Below are positions 1 to 10,409 of a stretch of 64,000 nt of DNA, in pieces (position 1 is the first letter of the stretch; the number at the start of each line of letters is the position of its first letter). The notes beneath the pieces were generated by a model. It was not told the DNA's origin. It did not search any database and was given only the letters and a program-made list of their open reading frames with translations. The position numbers and the translations under genes are program-made. Origin of the DNA: Alphaproteobacteria bacterium (GTDB lineage Bacteria > Pseudomonadota > Alphaproteobacteria > JAJTHO01 > CANGYM01); assembly GCA_044372405.1 (NCBI GenBank), contig JBILRW010000002.1, positions 6,862 through 70,861 of the forward strand, given 5' to 3'.

Positions 1-491
1 GGCACCAGGATTTTTTCACCGTTGGATAATAACGCGGGTTTATAGGACGACGTGGCCGTTTGGCCCTTAATGGTGGGTTCGGCCTCAACAATTTCCAAAA
101 TAACGGTTTCGGGCAGGGTAACGCTCAGCGGTTTGCCCTCATGAAACAACACCGTCACATCCATATCGTCCTGTAAAAACGGCAGCGTATCACCCAAAAT
201 ATCGCTGGGCAGGGCAATTTGCTCGAAGGTTTCTTTGTGCATCAACGTGATCCTATCATCCTGCAAAAACAGAAATTGATAAATTTCCTCGTCCAAACGC
301 ACGCGATCGATGCGCTCGGATGACCGAAAGCGCTCGTTGAGTTTGGTTCCCTCTAGCAAAGCCTTCATTTCCGCCTGAATATAGGCCCCGCCTTTGCCAG
401 GTTGGGTGTGCATGGTTTTTAAAACAACCCACAGCTTGTTTTTATGATTCACAATATTGCCGACTTTTAAGTCGTTGGCGTTAACGTCCAT
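1..491 (-). CDS. efp: Elongation factor P (3' end cut by window edge)
   Basis: Absent from the ORF track because there is no stop inside the window. Reverse-strand translation from the ATG at 491-489 reads MDVNANDLKVGNIVNHKNKLWVVLKTMHTQPGKGGAYIQAEMK... and contains the EF-P PGKGxA loop. The frame stays open to position 1. Confidence 0.85.
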   Translation of the reverse strand, partial: MDVNANDLKVGNIVNHKNKLWVVLKTMHTQPGKGGAYIQAEMKALLEGTKLNERFRSSERIDRVRLDEEIYQFLFLQDDRITLMHKETFEQIALPSDILGDTLPFLQDDMDVTVLFHEGKPLSVTLPETVILEIVEAEPTIKGQTATSSYKPALLSNGEKILV

Positions 492-1111
492 CGTTGATCT
501 CCGTATCGATTCATCAAAGCATCCATTTGCCCCAGGGCTTTGTCAACGTCGGACCAAATACCGCTGCACAGGGCAACAGCCGTGGCGCCGGCATCCAAAA
601 CCTGGGGCACCGTGTCCAAGGATATGCCACCAATACCCACACTTGGCAAGGGGGGAGCGTTTTTTTGAGGACCCTGCCAAGCCTGAAATACAGACAACGG
701 GGCCCGCGTTTTGGCCTGTTTTGTTGTTGTGGGATACACGGACCCAAAGGCCACATAGCTGGCCCCCTCCTCTTTGGCCCGCATCGCCAAGGTGAGATCA
801 TCGTAACAAGAGGCCCCAATAAGGGCCCCCGGCCCCATTTGAGAACGGGCCAGGGCGACGGAGGTGTCGTCTTCACCCACGTGAACACCGTCGCAGCGCA
901 GCGCCTTGGCCAAAAGGGGATCATCATTCAGAATCAGGGCCACATTTTGCCCCCGACAAAGGGTCTGGACAGCGCGCACGGCCTGTGCCATCGTTGAGGG
1001 TGAGGCTCCCTTAAGACGGACCTGAAAAGCCGTTACGATGGGATGGTTGCATACCCTTATAACCTTGTCAAACGGGGGCAGAGCGTCGGGGGGAGAAAGA
1101 ACATAAATCAT
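467..1111 (-). CDS. thiE: Thiamine-phosphate synthase
   Basis: 214-aa ORF with ThiE-like TIM-barrel motifs (ILNDD, DGVHVGEDD, GASCYD, VAFGSVYPTTTK, VGIGGI). Its 3' end overlaps the efp start by about 25 nt. Confidence 0.8.
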   Translation of the reverse strand: MIYVLSPPDALPPFDKVIRVCNHPIVTAFQVRLKGASPSTMAQAVRAVQTLCRGQNVALILNDDPLLAKALRCDGVHVGEDDTSVALARSQMGPGALIGASCYDDLTLAMRAKEEGASYVAFGSVYPTTTKQAKTRAPLSVFQAWQGPQKNAPPLPSVGIGGISLDTVPQVLDAGATAVALCSGIWSDVDKALGQMDALMNRYGDQRWTLTPTT

Positions 1112-1128
1112 GGTTAAAAAAATGCTGA

Positions 1129-2280
<1,152 letters not shown>

Positions 2281-2296
2281 GCGGGAAATGAAAAAA

Positions 2297-2318
2297 GGAT
2301 AGGCTGGAGAGCCTATCC
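2297..2318 (-). terminator. Intrinsic-terminator-like hairpin with a U-tract only on the minus strand
   Basis: GGATAGGCT-GGAG-AGCCTATCC. On the minus strand it is followed by TTTTTT. On the plus strand it is followed by an A-run, so it is not a canonical terminator for mreB. Confidence 0.4.
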
Positions 2319-2658
2319 TAAAAAAAAGTAAGAGAAAGGTAGAAAAGGTAGAGTTGTCAATCGCCTTTTCTGACGCTGCCTCTGACTTCTACCCCTACCC
2401 CCCCCTACCTGCAGGTACAGAAAAACAGAAAATCCGCCTCCTGGAGTGAGGGGGGGGAGTTCTACTTCGAGAGTTTCCTCTCCTACTAGGGAAGCCTCCC
2501 CGTGGGATAGCTCCAGTCCTATTAGGTAGGCAATATCACTTGTCAACTCATCGGACATGTTTACTTGTTGTTTTATGGTCTTGCCAGAAAAGCAAAAGGG
2601 GCCTATACTAGAGGACTTAACCCCTTCGAGAAGTGAACATTTTAGACGAGCCGACATT

Positions 2659-3933
2659 ATGGATATCCTTTTGAAAAAAGAAGAGGGATTGGTGCGGGAA
2701 TTTTCCGTCACAATCTCATATGATGCCTTTTTAGCCCAAGAGCGCCAAAAGCTGACCTCTGTTTCCCAAAAAGTAAAAATGGATGGATTCCGACCTGGAA
2801 AGGCTCCGCTCAGCCTTGTCAAAGCCCAATACGGGGATCGTGTGAAGGGAGAGGTTTTTCACACTCTGTTTGAGCAAGGCAGCAAAAAAATCATCACCGA
2901 ACACGCCCTGAACGTTGCGGGGGCCCCCACCGTTTCCATCGAAACATTTAAGGAAAAAGAGCCCATTGTCCTTCATTATACCGTGGAAGTTATACCGGAC
3001 GTGCCGCTGATTGATCCAAAGTCCATAGATATTCCCGAGTATATTTTGTTTCCCTCTCAGGAAGCCATCGCGGCAAGGGTCAAAAAAATAAAATTTTATA
3101 TCTCCGAAAAAACATCCCTGAACCGCCCCGCTGATTATGGCGATACCGTGATTTATAAAGAATTTGGGTTTGATCACGACACGGGACATGGTGACGGTGA
3201 CGACGATCGTTTGTTTTTTACGACACTATCCAAAGATGACCCGATCTCAGAGAGATTTTTGGGTCGCTCTGCCGGTGATCATTTCCATTATGATAAAGTT
3301 TCCAAGGATAACGATGGTAGCGATCATGAACACCATCATCACAGCCACCGTCATGTCCGTATTGACGATGTTGTTTCCCTTTCCAATCCCCTGGATAATG
3401 AAAAGATTTTAAAGGCTTTTGAGGCTGAAGGCCCTGAAGAGGGACTGCGTAAAGCCGCAAGATCCGAATTAATTCTGGAAATGCGACCTCTTGCCAGGGA
3501 AGGCCGTCAAAGATCCCTCTTGGAAACCCTGGAAAATCGCTATGTTTTTCCCTTACCCCGCGTCATGATCCAATCTGAAAAAGAGACGATTATCAACGAG
3601 TATGAGGAAGGGTCTCTTGATTCCCAGGAAGATGCTGAAGATCTAGAAAAAATGGCAAACCGCCGAGTTTCCCTGGCTTTTTTATTTTTGAAATATGCGA
3701 GTGTCCATAATATCCAGGTGACCAACGAAGATATGACGCGGTTTCTTTTGGAACAGGTAGAAGGGGACCGGCAGCGCTTTGCGAAAACAATTGAAGCACT
3801 GAAAAAAAACCAGCAGCAGCTCGTAGCCCTCAGAAACGCGGTTTTAGAAACAAAGGTCGTTGCTGACCTTTTAAATAAAATTTCTGGCACAAAACGTTAT
3901 GCTCTTTTTAGCGATTTTCTTTTAGAAAAATAG
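2659..3933 (+). CDS. tig: Trigger factor with a divergent His/Asp-rich central domain
   Basis: The N-terminal ribosome-binding signature GFRPGKAP and the overall TF length and architecture are present. Start moved to the ATG at 2659 ([10 protein letters not shown]...). Confidence 0.85.
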   Translation: MDILLKKEEGLVREFSVTISYDAFLAQERQKLTSVSQKVKMDGFRPGKAPLSLVKAQYGDRVKGEVFHTLFEQGSKKIITEHALNVAGAPTVSIETFKEKEPIVLHYTVEVIPDVPLIDPKSIDIPEYILFPSQEAIAARVKKIKFYISEKTSLNRPADYGDTVIYKEFGFDHDTGHGDGDDDRLFFTTLSKDDPISERFLGRSAGDHFHYDKVSKDNDGSDHEHHHHSHRHVRIDDVVSLSNPLDNEKILKAFEAEGPEEGLRKAARSELILEMRPLAREGRQRSLLETLENRYVFPLPRVMIQSEKETIINEYEEGSLDSQEDAEDLEKMANRRVSLAFLFLKYASVHNIQVTNEDMTRFLLEQVEGDRQRFAKTIEALKKNQQQLVALRNAVLETKVVADLLNKISGTKRYALFSDFLLEK

Positions 3934-3980
3934 TCATCCTTTATTCAAAAAATGAAAAATTCGGCGGAGTAACCCAACCC

Positions 3981-4649
3981 ATGATTTACAGCTCAGACTC
4001 TTTTTCCCCCATGCTTTCTTCGTCTCATCCGTTGGATGTGGCGGCCAACCTGGTTCCCATGGTTGTGGAGCAAACCAATCGGGGCGAGCGGGCTTATGAT
4101 ATTTTCTCCCGCCTGTTAAAAGAACGGATTATTTTTTTGGTGGGGCCTGTCACCGATGAAATGTCCGCCCTGGTGTGTGCGCAGTTGTTGTTTTTAGAAT
4201 CTGAAAACCCCAAGAAAGACATTTATCTGTACATCAATTCCCCCGGGGGATTGGTCACGGCGGGCCTGGCCATGTATGATACCATGCAATACATTGCCCC
4301 CGATGTTTGCACGTTGTGCATTGGTCAAGCGGCCAGTATGGGATCCCTTTTGCTGGCCGCCGGCGCCAAAGGAAAGCGTTATTCCTTACCCAATTCCCGC
4401 GTCATGATTCACCAACCCTCTGGGGGGTTCCGTGGTCAGGCGACGGACATTGAGATTCATGCCAAGGAAATTTTGTCCCTGAAGGCCCGTTTGAATAACA
4501 TTTATGTGAAGCACACCGGCCAGCCCCTTTCTTTGGTGGAAACCTCTATGGAACGGGATAATTTTATGTCCGCTGAGGACGCTAAAACCTTTGGCCTGAT
4601 TGACGAAGTTGTTGAAAACCGGCCCAAACCTGAAGACAAAGAGATTTAA
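3981..4649 (+). CDS. clpP: ATP-dependent Clp protease proteolytic subunit
   Basis: [43 protein letters not shown] and MIHQPSGG motifs. The start could instead be the internal ATG at 4011. Confidence 0.95.
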   Translation: MIYSSDSFSPMLSSSHPLDVAANLVPMVVEQTNRGERAYDIFSRLLKERIIFLVGPVTDEMSALVCAQLLFLESENPKKDIYLYINSPGGLVTAGLAMYDTMQYIAPDVCTLCIGQAASMGSLLLAAGAKGKRYSLPNSRVMIHQPSGGFRGQATDIEIHAKEILSLKARLNNIYVKHTGQPLSLVETSMERDNFMSAEDAKTFGLIDEVVENRPKPEDKEI

Positions 4650-4655
4650 CCCTCT

Positions 4656-5030
4656 ATGTGCCGCACCTGGATCACCCACTTTTTTCTGACGTTATCCGCA
4701 GATTATGTGGGTGATGATGACCTGGGCAATACCTATTACCGAAAACAAACATCCCTGGGCGAACGTCGGCGCGTGATTTATGCCGGGATAGCCGAGGCCT
4801 CTAAGGTTCCAGCGTCTTGGTATGGCTGGTTACATTATACGGACGAAGCGCCCCCCTCGGACACGCCTCCCAAAAAAAGATTCTGGCAAAAGGCCCATCG
4901 TCCCAATTTGACGGGAACATCTGAGGCCTGGCGCCCCCCCGGGCATGTTCTTTCTGGCGGAAAACGTCAGTCATCAGGATCTGATTATCAGGCTTGGCGT
5001 CCTTCATCCCACAAGACTTTGGTTCCCTGA
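4656..5030 (+). CDS. NDUFA12 (B17.2)-family protein
   Basis: VGDDDLGNTYYRK...RRVIY...VPASWYGWLHYT...NLTGTSEAWRPPGH matches the NADH:ubiquinone oxidoreductase subunit NDUFA12-like family common in alphaproteobacteria. Confidence 0.75.
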   Translation: MCRTWITHFFLTLSADYVGDDDLGNTYYRKQTSLGERRRVIYAGIAEASKVPASWYGWLHYTDEAPPSDTPPKKRFWQKAHRPNLTGTSEAWRPPGHVLSGGKRQSSGSDYQAWRPSSHKTLVP

Positions 5031-5356
5031 TGCCTCATATCCTGGTTCATCACAGCGACTCTGTGGATGTTTCGGCTTTGTTGCCAGCCTTGCATAAAAC
5101 CTTGTCCCAGCAACCCACGGTGGACTTAAGCGCCGTAAAAACACGATCGTTATCGTTTGATCAGGCCTGGGTGGGTCAAGGCCAGGGCCCCTTTGTTCAT
5201 ATTGAAATTCGATTGCTTCAGGGTCGCCCATCCGATATTTTACAGAACATTAAAGATGCCTTGGTCCATGAAGCCCATCGTTACTTAACGGTTCCCCCGG
5301 TTGTTTTAACCTTGGAAATTATTCTGATGAATCCTGAATTGTATTTTAAGGGGTGA
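5030..5356 (+). CDS. 5-carboxymethyl-2-hydroxymuconate isomerase-like (tautomerase superfamily) protein
   Basis: Starts MPHILVHHS in a TGATG overlap with the upstream stop. Contains ...FVHIEIRLLQGRP..., typical of the CHMI family. Confidence 0.6.
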   Translation: MPHILVHHSDSVDVSALLPALHKTLSQQPTVDLSAVKTRSLSFDQAWVGQGQGPFVHIEIRLLQGRPSDILQNIKDALVHEAHRYLTVPPVVLTLEIILMNPELYFKG

Positions 5357-5850
5357 TGATGAACCTGCGCCCATGGTTTTTTGTATTTTGTGTTTTGCTC
5401 ATGACATCAGGATGTGGCTTCAGCCCTGTTTATGGCTCTGAGCAAAATACGAAACTGCCCCTCATTACACTGGACAAGGCGGAGGGAAAATACACCTTTC
5501 TTTTGGATCAGGCCCTGCGCACCCGTTTAAAATCCCGCGGAAGCTTTGCAGAAACAGGTGGAGAATGGATTTTATCCTACACCCTTTCCGAGGAAACCGC
5601 GGCTTTGGGCATTAACGAAAAGGCCTCCTCCACCTATTCCATGTTAACCATTACCACCAGTTATACCGTCAAACGTCTTGGGGATAATAAGATCCTAGCC
5701 CAGCGGTCCAGGCGTCAACGTCAGGGGTATGATATTGTCACCTCCACCTATGGTTCCGATCAAACGCTGGCCGATGCCCGCAGTAAGGCCATTGAAACCA
5801 TGGCTGATGCCATTATTCAAGATCTGGTTTTTTTATCCAAGAAGGATTAG
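5353..5850 (+). CDS. lptE: LPS-assembly lipoprotein LptE-like
   Basis: Signal peptide with lipobox LMTSGC followed by GFSPVYG, the alphaproteobacterial LptE N-terminus. About 160 aa. Confidence 0.6.
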   Translation: MMMNLRPWFFVFCVLLMTSGCGFSPVYGSEQNTKLPLITLDKAEGKYTFLLDQALRTRLKSRGSFAETGGEWILSYTLSEETAALGINEKASSTYSMLTITTSYTVKRLGDNKILAQRSRRQRQGYDIVTSTYGSDQTLADARSKAIETMADAIIQDLVFLSKKD

Positions 5851-5914
5851 AAAAGAACATCGACTCTCTTTTTGAGTTCACTCCGGTAAAAAATTAAGAA
5901 AAGGTAACACACCT

Positions 5915-6424
5915 ATGATCCGCCTGATGATTTTAACTGTTATGGTGACTTTTTTATCGGGACCGGCTTATGCCTCTTCCAAGCCAGAATCCTTAGCCAC
6001 AAACGGTTCCTGGTCGGGATATACCTTTACCGAAAACAAACAAAAAGTTTGCTACATGACGGGATCCCCTGAAAAATCTGAAGGGGATTACAAAAAACGT
6101 GGGGATGTTTTTTTGTTTATCACCCATTATCCAGGCAGTAACATTTTTGATGATCTTTATTTTGATTTGGGATACCCCGTTAAAAAAGATGGGGAAGCCA
6201 CGGTCACCGTCGGAAAAACATCCTTTTCCCTGGTGGGCGATAAAACCCATGTTTTTTCTGCTGATCGCAAGCAAGATAAAAAAATCATCAGTGCCCTGAA
6301 ACAAGGGGACACCCTGGTGATAAAATCGGTATCCCAAAAAGGCACAAAAAGTATTGATACTTTTGATTTAAAGGGGTTCGTTAAAACTTATCAGGCCATA
6401 TCCAAAGCCTGTAAAAAGCCGTGA
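5915..6424 (+). CDS. Secreted hypothetical protein (tentatively IalB-like)
   Basis: Cleavable signal peptide (…GPAYASS), two conserved-looking Cys residues, about 170 aa. The family assignment is tentative. Confidence 0.35.
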   Translation: MIRLMILTVMVTFLSGPAYASSKPESLATNGSWSGYTFTENKQKVCYMTGSPEKSEGDYKKRGDVFLFITHYPGSNIFDDLYFDLGYPVKKDGEATVTVGKTSFSLVGDKTHVFSADRKQDKKIISALKQGDTLVIKSVSQKGTKSIDTFDLKGFVKTYQAISKACKKP

Positions 6425-7737
6425 CGCCATATCACATCATTCTTTTGGCGGCGGGTAAGGGAACCCGCATGCGCTCACCCCTGCCCAAGGTTCTTCATCC
6501 TCTGGCGGGTTTTCCCCTGATCTGGCATGTTCTGCGTCTGGCAGAATCCCTGAATCCCGCGCGCGTTACCTGTGTGATCAGCCCTGATCTGGTGGATTTT
6601 TTTTCAAATTCTCCCCATCACCGGGTCATTCAAGATCCCCCGAGGGGAACGGGTCATGCGGTTCAAAAAGCCTTAGAAGATTCAAAAGACATCGCCGAAC
6701 TTCCCACGCTGGTTCTGTATGGGGATACCCCCCTACTGACCCTGAATACGGTTCACGGTTTGCTGAATGTTGAGGCTGATATGGGGCTTTTGACGTTCCA
6801 GGCCCCCCTGCCCAATCCCTATGGGCGGGTTATTGTCAAAAACGATGGGCATGTATCGCAGATTATTGAGGCCAGTGACCTTTCGGAAAGCCAAAAGCAA
6901 AACCCCCATTTTCCCCTGAATGCCGGCATTATGGCGTTTAAAGGGGGCGTTTTACCCCGTATCCTCCCCCATTTGCGACCCCATAATGCCCAGGGTGAGC
7001 TTTATTTAACCGACACCGTGGCCCTCATTGATGGCGAGGGAGGAAGCGTTCACCCCCTTTCGGCCAACGCTGAAGAGGTTTTGGGGATTAACACCCAGAC
7101 GGAATTACAAACGGCAGAAGCCGTGATGCAGGCGCGCCTGCTGAAACAACACCAGGATAACGGCGTGATCGTGGGACCCTCTGTTATTTTTTCGGCAGAT
7201 ACAGCCCTTTCCCCGGGTAGCCACATTCACCCCCTTGTTGTTTTTGGCCCTGGGGTGAAGATTGAAGAACGCGCTGTCATACATAGTTTTTCCCACCTGT
7301 CTGGTTGTACCATTCAGTCTGGCGCCAGCATAGGGCCCTTTGCCCGTATTCGTCCCCAAACGGTTGTGGGTCCATCGTGTCATATTGGTAATTTTGTGGA
7401 ATTGAAAGCCAGCACCTTGGGTACAGGCGTTAAAGCGGGGCACCTGAGTTACCTGGGCGATGCCACCATCGGGGATCATTGCAACATTGGGGCGGGCACC
7501 ATAACCTGTAACTATGATGGAACAAAGAAGCACAAAACAACCCTGGAAAGCGGCGTTTTTGTGGGATCTCACACCGCCCTGGTGGCGCCGGTGACCCTTC
7601 ATAAAGATGCCTATTTAGGGGCGGGAAGTGTGATTACGGATTCTGTGCCGCAGGACACCCTGGCCCTAACCCGATCCCCGTTAAAAACCATTTCCCAGTG
7701 GTCAAAGCGGCGAAAAAAATCCCCCTCCCCTTCATAG
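6421..7737 (+). CDS. glmU: Bifunctional UDP-N-acetylglucosamine diphosphorylase / glucosamine-1-phosphate N-acetyltransferase
   Basis: LAAGKGTRM N-terminal motif and C-terminal hexapeptide-repeat left-handed beta-helix region. The GTG start overlaps the upstream stop. Confidence 0.92.
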   Translation: MTPYHIILLAAGKGTRMRSPLPKVLHPLAGFPLIWHVLRLAESLNPARVTCVISPDLVDFFSNSPHHRVIQDPPRGTGHAVQKALEDSKDIAELPTLVLYGDTPLLTLNTVHGLLNVEADMGLLTFQAPLPNPYGRVIVKNDGHVSQIIEASDLSESQKQNPHFPLNAGIMAFKGGVLPRILPHLRPHNAQGELYLTDTVALIDGEGGSVHPLSANAEEVLGINTQTELQTAEAVMQARLLKQHQDNGVIVGPSVIFSADTALSPGSHIHPLVVFGPGVKIEERAVIHSFSHLSGCTIQSGASIGPFARIRPQTVVGPSCHIGNFVELKASTLGTGVKAGHLSYLGDATIGDHCNIGAGTITCNYDGTKKHKTTLESGVFVGSHTALVAPVTLHKDAYLGAGSVITDSVPQDTLALTRSPLKTISQWSKRRKKSPSPS

Positions 7738-7748
7738 AAAGACCCATC

Positions 7749-8189
7749 ATGCCTTTTGTTCAAGAGTATTACGCCCTTATCAAGGCCCTTCACCTGATTG
7801 CCGTTATTGCTTGGATGGCGGGCCTTTTTTATTTACCGCGCCTGTTTGTGTATCACGCCGATGTTCCCCCGGAGTCGGACAGATCCGATATGTTAAAAAT
7901 CATGGAACGCAAACTACTGAAAGTTATTATGAATCCGGCTATGATCCTGACCTTTATTTTGGGCGTGCTAATGCTGAGCGTCCCCGGCATGATGACCCAG
8001 GGATGGATGCACGTGAAACTAACGCTGGTTTTTTTGCTCGCTGGCTTTCACGGGATGTGTTCGCGGTATGTCCGGCTGTTTGCCACCGATCAAAACACAA
8101 AAAATCACCGGTATTATCGGTTTTTTAATGAGGTCCCTACCCTGCTGATGATCGCCATTGTTCTGCTGGCTGTGATTAAACCTTTTTAG
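7749..8189 (+). CDS. hemJ: Protoporphyrinogen IX oxidase HemJ
   Basis: KALHLIAVIAWMAGLFYLPRLFVYH motif, 4-TM protein of about 146 aa. Start set at the ATG at 7749. Confidence 0.8.
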   Translation: MPFVQEYYALIKALHLIAVIAWMAGLFYLPRLFVYHADVPPESDRSDMLKIMERKLLKVIMNPAMILTFILGVLMLSVPGMMTQGWMHVKLTLVFLLAGFHGMCSRYVRLFATDQNTKNHRYYRFFNEVPTLLMIAIVLLAVIKPF

Positions 8190-8521
8190 GGGCAATCTGG
8201 GGATAAATCCTGGGACCCTTCGCCGGTGTGCAGGGTTGCTCTGCCTGTTTGGGTATCCACCGTGACGCTACCCATGGGTAACATTGAATCCCGCGTTAGG
8301 TCATTTTGACGAAGCCCGGGATCCACGGATAAATCCAAAGAAAGCGTTGGCGGGAGTCTCCACGAAGGGGTTTCCTCCGCCGGAACCACACCGTCATCAG
8401 GACGAAAGGCCACATCGGGCGCAGGTATATGATGAATACAATCCCCAGCCATGGCTAAAGGGGATGGCATGACCAAGGTCAAGCAAAGGATCCCTAGAAA
8501 AAAGGTAACCGATCTATTCAC
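8186..8521 (-). CDS. Small secreted hypothetical protein
   Basis: GTG at 8521 gives VNRSVTFFLGILCLTLVMPSPLAMAGDC..., a signal-peptide-like N-terminus. The track's longer N-terminal extension overlaps the upstream small gene. Confidence 0.4.
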   Translation of the reverse strand: MNRSVTFFLGILCLTLVMPSPLAMAGDCIHHIPAPDVAFRPDDGVVPAEETPSWRLPPTLSLDLSVDPGLRQNDLTRDSMLPMGSVTVDTQTGRATLHTGEGSQDLSPDCP

Positions 8522-8717
8522 TCGCCTCTGGTGATTCCAAATGACGCTCATGCAGGCGGGTGCCGGCATCTTTAACCCATGCCTGAACCAAATCCACGGT
8601 AATGTCCGTTTTTTCATAAGAATCCGCCCGTTCATCGGCAAAGGCCTGTAACGCCTCAGAGGGTTGAGCTGACAAAACAAGAACCAAAAGGGCCAAAAAA
8701 ACAACCAGAAAATTCAT
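8514..8717 (-). CDS. Small secreted hypothetical protein (67 aa)
   Basis: MNFLVVFLALLVLVLSAQPSEA is a clear signal peptide. The gene is coupled to the downstream small ORF by an 8-nt overlap. Confidence 0.45.
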   Translation of the reverse strand: MNFLVVFLALLVLVLSAQPSEALQAFADERADSYEKTDITVDLVQAWVKDAGTRLHERHLESPEASE

Positions 8718-8862
8718 AACATCTCACAAAAAATATAAAATAAAAAAAATCAACGAAAGTAAAAAGTATGGGCTTAAAAATAAAAAAGGATCGTTTGTAT
8801 AAGGAGGACTATAGGAGAAAAACCTTAATAAAATCTCAAGGGCCCCCCTGCCCTAACTGGCT

Positions 8863-9708
8863 CTACCAGTCGATTGTCCGTTTAGCCCCCGTCATGCTAA
8901 TCACCATGGCCACGATTTCCTCAACCGAGCGACGGGAAACACTGATGGTGGGCAGGTTGTATTTTTTGAATAATTTTTGGGCGTAAAACGTTTCCTGACG
9001 GATAATTTCTGTGGATGTATAATCATCGCAATCACCGGACAGATGCTCCGCCCGTTTCTGCCGAATGTTTCTGAGCAACGCCGGATCCTGAAGAAGCCCA
9101 ACAATCAAAGGTTTTTCAGCTTTTCCCAAAAGATCAATCAGTCGCTCATCCAAAGGCGCATCCAAAATCAAGGGAACATTGGCCGCTTTAATCCCTTTAT
9201 AGGAAAGATAAACGCAGCAAGGTGTTTTTGACGAGCGCGACACCCCGAGTAAAATAACATCCGCCTGATGAATCGTATCCAAACCGTGACCATCATCGTG
9301 GTTCAGGGCAAAATCCACCGCATCAATGCGCTGAAAATAGGCGCTGTCCAAATCATGCTGTCGTCCTGCTTTGGGGGCGATGCGGGACCAGCCTTCCCCT
9401 TCTAAAAAGGATAATAAGGGCCCTAGCAGGGAAATACAGGGCAATCCCAAACGATCGCATCCCTTTTTAAGTTCTTGAAATAGCGGATCATCCACCAGGG
9501 TACAGATGACAACCCCCGGCTGATCCTCAATTTTTTTTAAAATATGGAGAATTTGCCGGGGCGTATGCACAAACGGCCATAAATTTTCCACAATATTGGT
9601 TTTTTTAAATTGGGCAAAGGCGGCCCGCCCCACCTTCGTGACGGTTTCCCCTGTGGAATCAGAAACAAAGTGAACGCACACTTCCTGTGGGTTTGTGGAT
9701 AATACCAT
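8863..9708 (-). CDS. ppsR: Pyruvate, phosphate dikinase / PEP synthase regulatory protein (DUF299 kinase/pyrophosphorylase)
   Basis: VHFVSDSTGET and GVSRSSKTPCCVYLSYKGIKAANVPL (P-loop) motifs. Confidence 0.85.
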   Translation of the reverse strand: MVLSTNPQEVCVHFVSDSTGETVTKVGRAAFAQFKKTNIVENLWPFVHTPRQILHILKKIEDQPGVVICTLVDDPLFQELKKGCDRLGLPCISLLGPLLSFLEGEGWSRIAPKAGRQHDLDSAYFQRIDAVDFALNHDDGHGLDTIHQADVILLGVSRSSKTPCCVYLSYKGIKAANVPLILDAPLDERLIDLLGKAEKPLIVGLLQDPALLRNIRQKRAEHLSGDCDDYTSTEIIRQETFYAQKLFKKYNLPTISVSRRSVEEIVAMVISMTGAKRTIDW

Positions 9709-9795
9709 TGTATCTTTGACCTTAAAAAAAAGATGACGTTTTGTACACCGACTACCGTTTTTTTTCCCCTTTTTTCTTTGGTAAAAAAACCGTTT

Positions 9796-9804
9796 TGTGG
9801 ATAA
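9796..9804. promoter_or_regulatory. Perfect DnaA-box 9-mer (TGTGGATAA, the reverse complement of TTATCCACA)
   Basis: Lies in the AT-rich 248-bp divergent ppsR/ybeY spacer. A 7/9 box, TTATCCTTT, sits at 9832-9840. Confidence 0.25.
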
Positions 9805-9956
9805 GTAAAAAACAACTGTTCACTTTTTTTATTATCCTTTGGGAACAATCTTTTTTATCGTTTCTTTTGATGAAAAAAGTGTGTATATCTCTAGGGAAGG
9901 CTTTGTTTTCCCGTTGTTCACCCCCCTTACTACAACATCATCTTTTTTTATATTCT

Positions 9957-10409
9957 ATGAATATTATTATTAGGAAGAATGAAAAACGATGGGGATCCTT
10001 GATCCTGGATATCCGAAAGATGCGATTATCCCGTTTGTTTCCTGAACCAGGAACTGTAACGCTGTTGTTTGCTGATGATGCTTTGATCCGGGACCTGAAC
10101 AGCACCTATCGACAAAAAAACGCCCCCACCAATGTTTTGAGTTTTCCCAACACGGGCCCGTTTTCCGATCCTGATGTTCTGGGAGATGTGGTGCTCGCCT
10201 ATGAAACGGTGATGGCAGAGGCCCGGGCGCAAAACAAACCCATCATAAACCATTGTGTTCATCTGGTGATTCATGGTATCCTGCATATTCTCGGGTATGA
10301 TCACGAAACAGATGACGACGCCGCCATTATGGAATCCAAAGAAGCTGCTCTGCTTCAAATCCTGGGGATTCCCGATCCGTATCATGAGCCCTTATGCTTA
10401 AATCCTTAA
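9957..10409 (+). CDS. ybeY: rRNA maturation endoribonuclease YbeY
   Basis: HLVIHGILHILGYDH zinc-binding motif. Start moved to the ATG at 9957, giving about 150 aa. Confidence 0.88.
   Translation: MNIIIRKNEKRWGSLILDIRKMRLSRLFPEPGTVTLLFADDALIRDLNSTYRQKNAPTNVLSFPNTGPFSDPDVLGDVVLAYETVMAEARAQNKPIINHCVHLVIHGILHILGYDHETDDDAAIMESKEAALLQILGIPDPYHEPLCLNP

Noticed and set aside
2281-2658. Known housekeeping ncRNA (RNase P RNA, 4.5S/SRP RNA, 6S, tmRNA) in the long mreB-tig spacer.
   Set aside because: The conserved cores I can recall (GAGGAAAGTCCGGGC for RNase P, GGAAGGAAGCAGCC-type SRP domain IV, a tRNA-like end for tmRNA) are absent on both strands. This needs a covariance-model scan to be definitive.
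8768-8986. 72-aa plus-strand ORF preceded by an AAGGAGG-like sequence in the A-rich spacer.
   Set aside because: The RBS-like motif lies downstream of its ATG, not upstream. The ORF runs antisense into the ppsR 3' end and has no recognisable features.
9709-9956. Chromosomal replication origin.
   Set aside because: There is only one perfect and one imperfect DnaA box. No box cluster, no obvious AT-rich 13-mer-like repeats, and no dnaA/hemE/parAB context are visible. It is reported only as a low-interest DnaA-box observation.
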